A DNA stretch of 45,506 nucleotides from an uncultured Gammaproteobacteria bacterium (GCA_964448275.1 CAYUWI010000003.1:1-45506); one strand, 5' to 3'; positions 29,144 through 41,144 are shown, numbered from the stretch's first letter. Notes: generated by a model from the letters alone, not told the origin. Numbers and translations: made by a program.

Positions 29144-30916
29144 ATGAGTCCTCAGCGTGACTCTGGCCGCCCTCCCATCGGCGAGCAGATACCGATCCAG
29201 CTCAAGCGCCTTGCTCGCAACGAGCAACTCATCCTCTCTCTGTTGGCAGCGATCCTTGGTGCGATGGCCGGTCTCTCAGCAATCGCCTTCCGTATGGCGA
29301 TCACCGGGGTGCAATGGGTTGCCCTCGGCTTCACCAGCGAAACTGTAGCGAGCCAAGCAACGGGCCTTCCCTGGTGGCGCCTGCTGTTCGCGCCCACTAC
29401 CGGCGGTCTACTCCTCGGGCTCTTTGTCTACTTCCTTATGCCAGGACGCCGGCCGCAAGGGGTAGCCCAGGTCATTGAGGCCAACGCCTTGAGCGGTGGC
29501 CACATGTCACTGGTGACTGGCCTCAAATCAGCGCTGGTCAACGCTGCCTCGATCGGTGTCGGAGCCTCGGTGGGCCGGGAAGGACCTGTAGTCCACCTTG
29601 GAGCGAGCCTTGGCTCTTGGCTATCTCAGCGTCTGCGGTTAACGCGCATAGCCTCCCGGACCCTGCTCGGGTGTGGCATAGCAGCAACGGTCGCTACCTC
29701 TTTCAATGCCCCGATCGCTGGTGCGTTCTTCGCCCTCGAAGTAGTTCTCGGCCATTATAGGCTCTCCGCCTTTGCCCCCATCGTTATCGCCTCAGTCACA
29801 GGGACCATCGTCAGCCGCACTTACTACGGAGACCATCCCGCCTTCGTGCTCCCGGAACTCTATGGGATTACCTCCTTCTTAGAATTTCCGGCCTTTGCAC
29901 TTCTCGGAATTATCAGCGCCATCGCCGCAATTTTGTTTATGCACACAGTGATGTTTTGCGAGGACCTGTTCGATCGCCTCAAGCTACCTCCCTGGAGCCG
30001 ACCGGCGATTGCCGGACTCGCGGTCGGGGTTATTGCTCTCGCCGGCTTTCCCCATGTACTTGGGGTTGGCTATGAGGCAACTGACTCAGCTCTCTCTGAA
30101 CTCTACCCACTCTGGCTCCTGCTCGCCCTTATCGTCCTCAAGACAGCAGCGACTGCCCTCTGCCTTGGCAGTGGTTTCGGGGGCGGGGTCTTTTCACCAT
30201 CACTCTTCTTAGGGGCTATGGTCGGGGGCGCCTACGGGGTCATTGCCACCAGTGCCTTTCCTGACCTCTCTTCGGGTTATGGGACCTACACAATTATCGG
30301 TATGGGCGCGGTTGCCGGCGCCATTCTGGGAGCACCCATCTCCACGATCTTGATGATCTTTGAACTCACCGGGGATTATGCAGTCACCATCGCCGTGATG
30401 ATCGCTACAGTAATTGCCAGTGCAGTCACCCAGCTAGGACATGGCCGCTCGTTCTTTGCTTGGCAGCTCGAACGTCTCGGTGTCACTATCGAGAGTGGTC
30501 GAAATTTGGATTGGGAGAGATCGACCCTTCGAATCGACCAGTTGATAGACACCAACTATGAGACAATACACCCCAACACTCCGATTAACACGGCGCGTGA
30601 GCGCTTGGTCACAGCACCGGGAGGTGAACTTCTGGTGGTTACCGACACCGGGCATCTAACCGGAACCCTTACCCTGCAGGACCTCGCTGAGGCGTCCTCC
30701 GAGACCTGCCGTAATCCGCATCTGATGGTCGCCGAAGTTGCGCGTCGAGACCCCCCCCTACTCGAACTCAACGACGATCTAGGGCGTGCAGTGACCCTCT
30801 TCAGGAGGTCAGGCAAAGCCCACTTACCCGTTGTGACCGATCGGGAGACCCTCTATCCTGTCGGTTTCCTCTACGCACATGCCGTAATGACCGCCTCTTA
30901 CCCGGGTCACAACTAG
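29144..30916 (+). CDS. ClC-family chloride channel/antiporter with C-terminal CBS pair
   Basis: SVGREGP, FNAPIAGAFFALEV, GGVFSPSLF, MIFELTGDY; CBS-like C-terminus. Confidence 0.93.
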   Translation: MSPQRDSGRPPIGEQIPIQLKRLARNEQLILSLLAAILGAMAGLSAIAFRMAITGVQWVALGFTSETVASQATGLPWWRLLFAPTTGGLLLGLFVYFLMPGRRPQGVAQVIEANALSGGHMSLVTGLKSALVNAASIGVGASVGREGPVVHLGASLGSWLSQRLRLTRIASRTLLGCGIAATVATSFNAPIAGAFFALEVVLGHYRLSAFAPIVIASVTGTIVSRTYYGDHPAFVLPELYGITSFLEFPAFALLGIISAIAAILFMHTVMFCEDLFDRLKLPPWSRPAIAGLAVGVIALAGFPHVLGVGYEATDSALSELYPLWLLLALIVLKTAATALCLGSGFGGGVFSPSLFLGAMVGGAYGVIATSAFPDLSSGYGTYTIIGMGAVAGAILGAPISTILMIFELTGDYAVTIAVMIATVIASAVTQLGHGRSFFAWQLERLGVTIESGRNLDWERSTLRIDQLIDTNYETIHPNTPINTARERLVTAPGGELLVVTDTGHLTGTLTLQDLAEASSETCRNPHLMVAEVARRDPPLLELNDDLGRAVTLFRRSGKAHLPVVTDRETLYPVGFLYAHAVMTASYPGHN

Positions 30917-31109
30917 CCCTGAGAGTCCCCTCCTGAAACAAAGCGGTCATCTGATGATCCGCTGCATTGAGGTAACGGACAGTCTTGATGGCCCAACAAG
31001 GAAGGCTGGAGAAGAAGAGATCGAAGGAGAACAACCAAAGTGCTGAGCTGGTCACTACCAGCCGGTTGTGGGGCTTGGATCAACGTAGCAGGCAATAGAG
31101 GTAGGGACT

Positions 31110-31667
31110 TTAGCCTAAGAGGGCAGTCACCATTGCACCTAATGTAATCAAGGTGATGACACCGCCAACCAAGATCCAACCCACTAAGGAAATCGCGCGC
31201 AACGTCGGCCTGTCGAAGGCCGTCACTGGAGATAAGGTGACTTGGATAATGGGGACAATGACCGCTTGGGCTATCCGATCTCCACAGGCTATACAGAAGT
31301 CCGTGGGACCATGATTCACCAACCCCACCACCACTTCGTCACCGAAACCATCGCCTACCTTCTCAGGCGAATTGAGAACGGTCACCCCAGGTTGTGCCGC
31401 CAAACCCACATGGGGACGGATTTGGAGCTCATATCCTGATGGCACAGCGACGGCGATACCTGTCGGAATCGTCGCGCTCTCCCCCGGAGAGACTGTCACC
31501 CGCGGTACAGGGATTGCAGCGCGTAGATCGACCCCCTTAGACAGGGAGGTACGGTGGTCCGGTAATTCAAAGTGCTCAGGGTAGCTCGCCGCCACACCCA
31601 TACGTTGGACTGGGACTGGGATGAATTCACCTACACCGATTTGCTGCACCATGATCCGTTGGCTCAT
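31110..31667 (-). CDS. dUTPase-fold protein with degenerate active site and C-terminal hydrophobic helix
   Basis: GVDLRAAI, IPTGIAVAVPSGYELQIRP and GDRIAQAV are trimeric dUTPase hallmarks. Motifs II, III and V are altered. AGGAGG RBS before ATG 31667. Confidence 0.8.
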   Translation of the reverse strand: MSQRIMVQQIGVGEFIPVPVQRMGVAASYPEHFELPDHRTSLSKGVDLRAAIPVPRVTVSPGESATIPTGIAVAVPSGYELQIRPHVGLAAQPGVTVLNSPEKVGDGFGDEVVVGLVNHGPTDFCIACGDRIAQAVIVPIIQVTLSPVTAFDRPTLRAISLVGWILVGGVITLITLGAMVTALLG

Positions 31668-31780
31668 GGACACCTCCTGGTAGCGATCCGCAGACCGCCC
31701 CTCAAAAATCAACCTCTATCCAAAATCACCCACCTTTTTACATCCCTGTAATTAAGACCTGACGGACTGACGAGGGTTCA

Positions 31781-31836
31781 ATCCCAGTCCATCATTGCCC
31801 TTGACTTATCACTTCGGCTGGACCCAGGACTGGGAT
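31781..31836. repeat. 10-bp perfect inverted repeat just downstream of dnaB
   Basis: ATCCCAGTCC (31781-31790) and GGACTGGGAT (31827-31836), 36-nt spacer, no clear U-tract. Confidence 0.55.
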
Positions 31837-31846
31837 CCCACCTGTA

Positions 31847-33637
31847 TCAGTAGCCCGTTGCCCAATCCGGGCCCGCATAGTTTTCAAAGCGAGCACACTT
31901 ACTAAGAAAAGTCAAATGGACAACACCAGTCGGACCGTTCCTCTGTTTACCGATGATCAGGTCCGCCCGGCCCTGAACCTCTGGATTCTCCGGTTGGTAC
32001 ATTTCTTCCCGATGGATGAATATAACCACATCGGCATCTTGCTCAATCGCCCCCGAGTTATGGCTCACGATACCGTCGGCAAGCCACGAAGTGGGCCCTG
32101 GAACACTGAGGTCATAGACCTCCTCCTCTCCATCGGACTCGAGTCCGATAACTCGATCCCAGAGCAACTCACCCCCCTCTCCAGCCGGTTGACCCACTCT
32201 CGGCCACGGCGAGACCGCCACACTGTCTCCCAGACTAAGCCGATCAACCCGGCACCAGCCATTCTCCCCGAGCAATTGATGACCATGACTCGTACGGAGC
32301 CAACGGCCACTCGCAAGATGGAGGGCCAATACCGGCCTGGCCCCGACCCGCCAAACCTGATTGCTCGCAGCAGGCCTCAGTCGACCCTGGGAGGTTACGG
32401 CAATGACCTCCGGTGTGGTCCCGACTAGCTCGCGAACAGGTCGCCGCTGACCATCACTCAACACAACAGGGGTTTCTCCGGTAACGCACTCTCGCAGATC
32501 AGACATCTTAGGCCATTCCTGACGCTGTTCCGGTCTGCGGCTAAGCTGAGAGAGCGCGATCACCGGGACGTCTAACTCTCGGGCTAAGGCTTTCAACGAG
32601 CGCGAGATCTCGGAGATCTCCACGGTACGATTTTCCGTTGTCCCTGCCCCATGCATGAGTTGGAGGTAATCGACAATCACCAGACCGAGACCCTGTGCGC
32701 GTTTGAGCCGACGGCAGCGGGCCCGGAGCTCGATCGGCCCTAGCGCGGAGGTGTCGTCGATGAACATGGGTGCCTCGGAGAGCTCGCCTACTGCCTTGGT
32801 CAGCTTGGGCCAATCCTCATCATGCAGATTGCCATTCCGCATCCTTTGGGCGTCAATGCGGGCACGTGACGCCAACAGCCGCATCGTGAGCTGCTCGCAG
32901 GGCATCTCCAGGCTAAAGAGGGCCACTGGTGCGCGGCTGTTCACACAGACGTGTTCCGCCATATTCAGTACGAAGGCAGTTTTCCCCATGCTCGGGCGTC
33001 CAGCAACGATGATTAGATCCGCACTCTGGAGGCCTGAGGTCCGCTCATCGAGATCTTCAAACCCGGTTGGGAGGCCTGTTAGAGGGGTGTCAAGCTGGAA
33101 CAGCTCATCAAGGCGCTCGACACTTTCACGGAGCAGGTCACGCAGGGGAGTAAACTCGCTTCGACGCTGTTTAGTCTGGTCTGCGATACGAAAGATGCGT
33201 TGTTCGGCAAGATCGAGGATATCAGCGACGGAGCTCTCTCCCGGACGGAAGGCATCTTCCGAGATCTCTCCGGCCGCCTGGATAAGGGCACGTAATATAG
33301 ACCGCTCGCGAACTGCTCGGGCGTAATGGGTAATGTTGGCTGTTGTAGGAGTACTGTTCGCTAGAGAGGCCAAATAAGCGGCCCCGCCGACCGTGTCGAG
33401 ATCTCCCTGCCGTTCCAAAAGATCAGAAACTGTAACAATGTCTACAGGCTGCTGTTGCGCGGTAAGCTGGCCTGCAACCTCGAAAATCAGCCGGTGATCA
33501 TGGCGATAAAAGTCCTCCGCACCAATGAGGTCAGCCACACGATCCCAAGCCTGATCATCGATTAGTAGCCCCCCGAGTACCGATTGCTCAGCCTCAATGG
33601 AGTGAGGGGGGACCTTGAGATCCTCCGGCGTCTCCAA
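31847..33637 (-). CDS. dnaB: Replicative DNA helicase DnaB (intein-containing)
   Basis: PPHSIEAEQSVLGG, GRPSMGKT, FSLEM, VDYLQLM, ALSQLSR, SDLRE|...|SGAIEQDADV, KQRNGPTG. Confidence 0.98.
   Translation of the reverse strand: METPEDLKVPPHSIEAEQSVLGGLLIDDQAWDRVADLIGAEDFYRHDHRLIFEVAGQLTAQQQPVDIVTVSDLLERQGDLDTVGGAAYLASLANSTPTTANITHYARAVRERSILRALIQAAGEISEDAFRPGESSVADILDLAEQRIFRIADQTKQRRSEFTPLRDLLRESVERLDELFQLDTPLTGLPTGFEDLDERTSGLQSADLIIVAGRPSMGKTAFVLNMAEHVCVNSRAPVALFSLEMPCEQLTMRLLASRARIDAQRMRNGNLHDEDWPKLTKAVGELSEAPMFIDDTSALGPIELRARCRRLKRAQGLGLVIVDYLQLMHGAGTTENRTVEISEISRSLKALARELDVPVIALSQLSRRPEQRQEWPKMSDLRECVTGETPVVLSDGQRRPVRELVGTTPEVIAVTSQGRLRPAASNQVWRVGARPVLALHLASGRWLRTSHGHQLLGENGWCRVDRLSLGDSVAVSPWPRVGQPAGEGGELLWDRVIGLESDGEEEVYDLSVPGPTSWLADGIVSHNSGAIEQDADVVIFIHREEMYQPENPEVQGRADLIIGKQRNGPTGVVHLTFLSKCARFENYAGPDWATGY
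32057..32488 (-). mobile_element. Mini-intein (144 aa, no homing endonuclease) in DnaB
   Basis: Begins CVTGETPV, block-B-like LRTSHGH, block F/G VYDLSVPGPTSWLADGIVSHN followed by Ser+1. Removal restores SDLRE-SGAIEQDAD. Confidence 0.95.
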
Positions 33638-33669
33638 CGTTATTTTTCCCTCACATTTGCGGGGAACAC

Positions 33670-34116
33670 CTATATACCGGCTACTGAGACGGTAATCTCG
33701 ACCGTTACATCGGGATGGAGACGGACCTGTACGGTATGCTCACCGACCTCCTTGATCGAACCATGCGGTAAAAGCACTGCCCCGCGGTCGATCTCGAACC
33801 CCTGCTCCTTCAAGGCCTCTGCAATGTCGGCATGGGAGACCGAGCCGAATAAGCGGCCTGCCTCAGCCATGCGGCGTTCCATTTGGAGCGTGGTTCCAGC
33901 GATCTGCTCACCCACGGCTTGATAGTGGTTTAAGAGCTCCTGTTGACGTGCCTCATACGCCTTACGCCGGGCTTCAAACCGAGCTCGATTGGACTTGGTA
34001 GCAGGAAGGGCCTTCTCCTTCGGCAGCAAGTAGTTGCGTGCATACCCCGGAGCGACATCCACCACTTCTCCCAGACTGCCTAAGTTCTCCATCTTCTCGA
34101 GCAGGATGACTTCCAT
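33670..34116 (-). CDS. rplI: 50S ribosomal protein L9
   Basis: MEVILLEK.ENLG.LG, GYARNYLLP, GRLFGSV. Confidence 0.97.
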   Translation of the reverse strand: MEVILLEKMENLGSLGEVVDVAPGYARNYLLPKEKALPATKSNRARFEARRKAYEARQQELLNHYQAVGEQIAGTTLQMERRMAEAGRLFGSVSHADIAEALKEQGFEIDRGAVLLPHGSIKEVGEHTVQVRLHPDVTVEITVSVAGI

Positions 34117-34343
34117 CCCCTACCCCCTCTCTCAGCCTATCCAGAGGCATCTACATATCCGACCTGGCCGGAGTTTCAAAAGTTTGTGTGGAACACATTA
34201 CGAAATCGGGCGTGGCGGGCCTATCGACTTCCTATGCGGCTAACACAAAAATGTAAAGAGACAGAGATCCCCTAACGAAACGAGATCTAGAGGGAATCAA
34301 CGTTAGACTGCTCAGCCCTTTAGGCTACCTAATGCCCCCAATC

Positions 34344-34556
34344 CTATTGGGTTGTGAATGGTAGCAACGCCATATAGCGGGCCTGCTTGATAACCTTCGC
34401 CAAACGCCGCTGATGACTGCTACAGACCCCCGTTATACGGCTAGGCACGATCTTGCCCTGCTCAGAAACGTACCGTTCCAGGGTCTTTAAGTCCTTGTAA
34501 TCAATTTCGTCGATGCTTTGGGCCACCTTACGCTTACGATAGTTCGACTTTGCCAT
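34344..34556 (-). CDS. rpsR: 30S ribosomal protein S18
   Basis: [42 protein letters not shown] before ATG 34556. Confidence 0.96.
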   Translation of the reverse strand: MAKSNYRKRKVAQSIDEIDYKDLKTLERYVSEQGKIVPSRITGVCSSHQRRLAKVIKQARYMALLPFTTQ

Positions 34557-34581
34557 GGACAACCTCCTAGGAGTGTTCACG

Positions 34582-34917
34582 TCATTCTGTAGCACCTGGG
34601 CATAGGATGGTCGCATGGAGCTCGATCCGTCCAAAGCTTGGATCCTCCTGGGCATGCCCTTTCCGAACCCGCTGGACAAGCACACCCTCCACTCGACAAC
34701 AGTCTCCGATGCGAAAGGTGCGGGCCTGCTCGACCAGATCCTCTCCCAAGGCAGCGACGGTGATTCGGCAGTGGACTACCCGATCGAGTCCAGCAATAGG
34801 CCTTTTAGAACGGTGTTCTAATCGGAACCGGGTAACCGGTAATCCCGCGGGTGTTGTTCTTTCCTCCATACCTGGGAGGATTATCCCCTCGAGTTGAACC
34901 TGATTGGCCGGTTCCAC
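34582..34917 (-). CDS. priB: Primosomal replication protein N
   Basis: [22 protein letters not shown], terminal IELHA; position between rpsF and rpsR. Confidence 0.9.
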   Translation of the reverse strand: MEPANQVQLEGIILPGMEERTTPAGLPVTRFRLEHRSKRPIAGLDRVVHCRITVAALGEDLVEQARTFRIGDCCRVEGVLVQRVRKGHAQEDPSFGRIELHATILCPGATE

Positions 34918-34948
34918 TCTGTCAGCCCTTCAGATCCAATCTCGATCC

Positions 34949-35290
34949 CTATACTACCTCCTTTTCCCTCCTCTTCATCTTATAGATCGGGCTAGGCCCT
35001 TGAGGGGGACCCTTCGTGCGGAGGATCAAGTGCCGCAAGACCGAGTCATTGAAGCGAAAGGATTCAACGAGCTCATCGAGCTCCCCTGGATCACATTCCA
35101 CATTCAGGAGGACGTAGTGGCCTTTGTTGACCTTCTGAATCGGGTAGGCCAATTTACGCCGTCCCCAATCCTCCTCGCGGTGGATCTGCCCACCATTACG
35201 TGTCAATAACTCCTTATACTTTTCAACTAACGGCTCGACCTGATTACTCTGTTCCGGATGGACGATAAATAGGATCTCGTAATGGTTCAC
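34949..35290 (-). CDS. rpsF: 30S ribosomal protein S6
   Basis: HYEILFIVHPEQS, EDWGRRKLAYPI, FRFNDSVLRHL. GTG start at 35290 with AAGGAAAGG RBS. Confidence 0.97.
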   Translation of the reverse strand: MNHYEILFIVHPEQSNQVEPLVEKYKELLTRNGGQIHREEDWGRRKLAYPIQKVNKGHYVLLNVECDPGELDELVESFRFNDSVLRHLILRTKGPPQGPSPIYKMKRREKEVV

Positions 35291-35342
35291 GGTCACCTTT
35301 CCTTGCCATGGCTGCAATCTCACATGCCCTCCAGGTGGCCCA

Positions 35343-35372
35343 ATTGTAGGGCTGATCAATGGGACCCTGCAA
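35343..35372 (-). promoter_or_regulatory. Candidate sigma70 promoter for the rpsF operon
   Basis: Minus strand TTGCAG-N18-TACAAT about 50 bp upstream of rpsF. Confidence 0.5.
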
Positions 35373-35389
35373 TCCTAACTCACTTGGAG

Positions 35390-36172
35390 TCATTTGGCTG
35401 ATGGCCGACTCCTCCCGCCGCTGCCCTGGATAGCTCGTTGGCGAACAGTCTCAAACAAGACGACCCCGGAGGCGACTGAGACATTTAAATTCGCTATCCC
35501 TGCCCCCATCGGGATCCGAACTAGAAGGTCGCATTTCCGGGCAGTCAAGGCCCGGATCCCTGTCTCCTCTGACCCCAAGACCCAGATCACCGGCTGGCAA
35601 AGATCCGGGGTATACCAAAGCTGTGGGGCTTGGTCATCAGTACCGATAACGGAAATACCATAGCCCTGTAACGCTGTTAGGGCACGGGCCAAGTTGGTAA
35701 CCTGGACAATTGGAATCGCTTCGGCGGCTCCGCTAGCGACTTTACGAACTGTCGCATTAAGCGGGGCGCTACGATGGGCTGGAATCACAACCGCATCGAC
35801 CCCAGCCGCTGCAGCAGTGCGCAGGCAAGCGCCCAGATTCCGAGGATCTGTCACCTGGTCGAGAGCCAACAGGCAGGCCGCTGAGGGGAGGCAAGCAATC
35901 CGATCCCATAAGGCCCCCTCATCCCAAGTCTGGAGGGAGGCTATGCGAGCCACCACTCCTTGGTGGCGACCGCCCTGACTGCGGCGATCTAGATCCTCTC
36001 TTGGGACCCAACGGACCCGAATGCCCTTCTCTCGAGCACTACGAGCCAACCTAGCCAAGCGTCGACCATGCCACCCTTTGGCCAAACGCACCTCGACCAA
36101 AGGAGTAGCACTCTCGAGCGCAGCGGAAACAGCGTGGATTCCGTATACGTGGTGGTTTTCGTCTCCGCTCAC
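35390..36172 (-). CDS. rlmB: 23S rRNA Gm2251 2'-O-methyltransferase
   Basis: VYGIHAV, HQGVVA, DQVTDPRNLGACLR, LGSEETG, NLNVSVA (SpoU); follows rnr. Confidence 0.95.
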   Translation of the reverse strand: MSGDENHHVYGIHAVSAALESATPLVEVRLAKGWHGRRLARLARSAREKGIRVRWVPREDLDRRSQGGRHQGVVARIASLQTWDEGALWDRIACLPSAACLLALDQVTDPRNLGACLRTAAAAGVDAVVIPAHRSAPLNATVRKVASGAAEAIPIVQVTNLARALTALQGYGISVIGTDDQAPQLWYTPDLCQPVIWVLGSEETGIRALTARKCDLLVRIPMGAGIANLNVSVASGVVLFETVRQRAIQGSGGRSRPSAK

Positions 36173-36206
36173 TACACTTCTAAATTCGAAGATCTCAAGC
36201 AGTCAG

Positions 36207-38414
36207 TTAGGTTTTGGACTGACCTATCTCGTCTGGGGCCTTGATGAGGGCAAGATCGATCTTGAGCTCCTCGATATCCACCCGAGTCACCTGGACCTGC
36301 ACGGGATCAGCCAATTGGTACACACGATGGGTTCGTTCTCCTTGGAGCTTATGGTGGACAGGGTCGAAATGGTAGTAGTCATCTTCCAGATTGCTCACAT
36401 GGACCAGGCCTTCCGTGTAAACCCCTGCCAATTCAACAAAGATCCCGAAGCCCGTTACCCCAGAGATAATGCCCTCATAGCTCTCACCAAGATGGTCCTG
36501 CATATACTGGCACTTCATCCAGTCGATCACTTCCCGCTCGGCGTCTTCGGACTGACGTTCGGTTGTCGAGGTATGTTCTCCAATCTTGGCAAGATTGTTC
36601 CGAAACGCCGCCTTGGCCTCCTCCTTGACGCGGCGACCGGACAGTAGGTCCTTTATCCTGCGATGCACCACCAGGTCCGGATAACGCCGGATAGGTGAAG
36701 TAAAGTGCGTATAGGAGGGATAGCTTAAGCCGAAGTGACCCTTATTCTCCGGATTATAATGGGCCTGTTTCAGGGATCGCAGCATAATGAATTCCAGAAG
36801 ATGGGCATCGCGGCGCATACGTGCTTGCTCTAGGACCCGGCAAAATGCTTTAGGGGACGGCGGATCCTCATGGCCGAGGTCCAATCCCACAGCCTTCAAG
36901 AAATCGCGCAGCTTGTCCAGCTTCTCCTCAGACGGGGGCTCATGGACTCGATACAGGACCGGTTCCTTCAGTTTATCAAAGAGCTGGGCAGCACTCTCGT
37001 TAGCGGCTAGCATGCACTCTTCAATCAAACGGTGTGCCTCCCGTCGCTCATACGGTACGATCGTCTCGATCCGGTTGTCCTCGCCAAACACCACCTTGGT
37101 CTCTACCCCCTCGAATTCCAGGGCTCCGCGCTGGACCCGGGCATGGTGCAAATATCGGTAGAGTGCATAGAGGATCTCCAGGTGAGGTACGAGAGCGGCG
37201 AATTCGGATCGGACGGTCTCATCTCCGTCTTCCATCATCGCTGCCACCTGGTGATAGGTCAGGCGAGCATGAGAGTGCATCACGGCCTCAAAGAAGCGAT
37301 ATTGCTCTACCTCTCCCTGGTTATCGATATGCATTTCGCAAGCGAGTACGAATCGATCTACACCTGGATTCAGAGAGCAGATTCCATTGGACAGCGCTTC
37401 AGGGAGCATCGGGACGACGCGGTTTGGGAAGTAGGTCGAATTGCCCCGACGATAGGCCTCTTTATCCAAGTGGGAATCGCGAGCGACATAGTAAGAGACA
37501 TCGGCAATCGCCACGATGAGGCGGAACCCCTCACCGATCCGCTCTGCGAAGACGGCGTCGTCGAAGTCTCGGGCGTCAGAACCGTCGATTGTTATCAAGG
37601 GTAGAGTACGAAGATCCTCCCGGTTCTTGAGCCCTTCAGAGTCCAAAGTTTGGGGAACCTGCTCAGCTTCCTCTAAGACTTCTTTTGGCCATTCATGGGG
37701 AATACCGTGCTTGCGAAGGACAATCTCCACCTCGAGATCTGGAGTGATTGGCCCGCTCCCGATGATCTCAATGATCCGCCCAGTGGGCTCCCGGTGCAAA
37801 TCGGGTTGACGGGTAACCTCGACCATCACGATCTCGCCCGTGCGTGCGCCTCCTTCTTCCCCAGGAGGGATAAAAATGTTTTGATGAATCCGTTTCTCCT
37901 CAGGCGCCACAAATGAGATGCCATCCTCTAGGTGGAATCGCCCTACAATACGATGCTGCCCTCGCTCGACAATGCGGACAATCGCCCCCTCGGGGCGCCC
38001 CCGCTTATCAACCCCCGAAAGACGCCCCACCACTCGATCCATATGCATGACCTGGCGCATCTCCCGAGGTGAAAGGAGTAGATCTCTCCTCCCCGGTTCA
38101 TCAGGTTGAAGGAAACCGTACCCTTCAGGATGGGCGAGGACCCGACCCCGAACTAGATTCATCCGTTCGGGTAATCCAACCCGATTCTTGCGGGTCCGAA
38201 CCAATTGCCCATCCCGTTCCATGGCCCGGATGCGGCGATTCAACGCCTCCTGTTGATTCTCACTCAACTCCAAGCACGTAGCGATATACGCCTCAGTTAC
38301 TGGGGCCGAGGTCTCATTACGTAGAAACTCCAAGATATATTCCCGGCTCGGGATAGGATGCTCATAACGTTGGGCTTCACGTGCCCGATAGGGATCCTCC
38401 TTAAACTTCGGCAT
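36207..38414 (-). CDS. rnr: Ribonuclease R
   Basis: DPYRAREAQRYEHPIPSRE, TIDGSDARDFDDA, YTHFTSPIRRYPDL, C-terminal S1 domain. Confidence 0.97.
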   Translation of the reverse strand: MPKFKEDPYRAREAQRYEHPIPSREYILEFLRNETSAPVTEAYIATCLELSENQQEALNRRIRAMERDGQLVRTRKNRVGLPERMNLVRGRVLAHPEGYGFLQPDEPGRRDLLLSPREMRQVMHMDRVVGRLSGVDKRGRPEGAIVRIVERGQHRIVGRFHLEDGISFVAPEEKRIHQNIFIPPGEEGGARTGEIVMVEVTRQPDLHREPTGRIIEIIGSGPITPDLEVEIVLRKHGIPHEWPKEVLEEAEQVPQTLDSEGLKNREDLRTLPLITIDGSDARDFDDAVFAERIGEGFRLIVAIADVSYYVARDSHLDKEAYRRGNSTYFPNRVVPMLPEALSNGICSLNPGVDRFVLACEMHIDNQGEVEQYRFFEAVMHSHARLTYHQVAAMMEDGDETVRSEFAALVPHLEILYALYRYLHHARVQRGALEFEGVETKVVFGEDNRIETIVPYERREAHRLIEECMLAANESAAQLFDKLKEPVLYRVHEPPSEEKLDKLRDFLKAVGLDLGHEDPPSPKAFCRVLEQARMRRDAHLLEFIMLRSLKQAHYNPENKGHFGLSYPSYTHFTSPIRRYPDLVVHRRIKDLLSGRRVKEEAKAAFRNNLAKIGEHTSTTERQSEDAEREVIDWMKCQYMQDHLGESYEGIISGVTGFGIFVELAGVYTEGLVHVSNLEDDYYHFDPVHHKLQGERTHRVYQLADPVQVQVTRVDIEELKIDLALIKAPDEIGQSKT

Positions 38415-38451
38415 TGACTAACCCCAGTGGTTAGTGTAATTAATTAGGTGC

Positions 38452-38539
38452 GCCGAGGTGGCGGAACTGGTAGACGCGCTAGATTCAGGATCTAGTGGAG
38501 GTAAGCTCCGTGCCGGTTCGAATCCGGCCCTCGGCACCA
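38452..38539 (+). tRNA. tRNA-Leu(CAG)
   Basis: Acceptor GCCGAGG/CCTCGGC + ACCA, D-loop GGAACTGGTAGAC, anticodon arm CTAGA-TTCAGGA-TCTAG, long variable arm, GGTTCGAATCC. Confidence 0.97.
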
Positions 38540-38619
38540 TTTCGTTCTCGTTAGGCCACCTAGAAAATTGCTTCATAATCCCCAGGGCCTAGCACTAAAT
38601 AGCCCGTACTTGGGGCCGT

Positions 38620-41144
<2,525 letters not shown>

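Noticed and set aside
34238-34308. attC-like pairing (GGCTAAC or CCCTAAC with GTTAGAC)
   Set aside because: No internal L-box complementarity, imperfect core sites, location inside a ribosomal operon, and the integrase present is P4-type rather than IntI.
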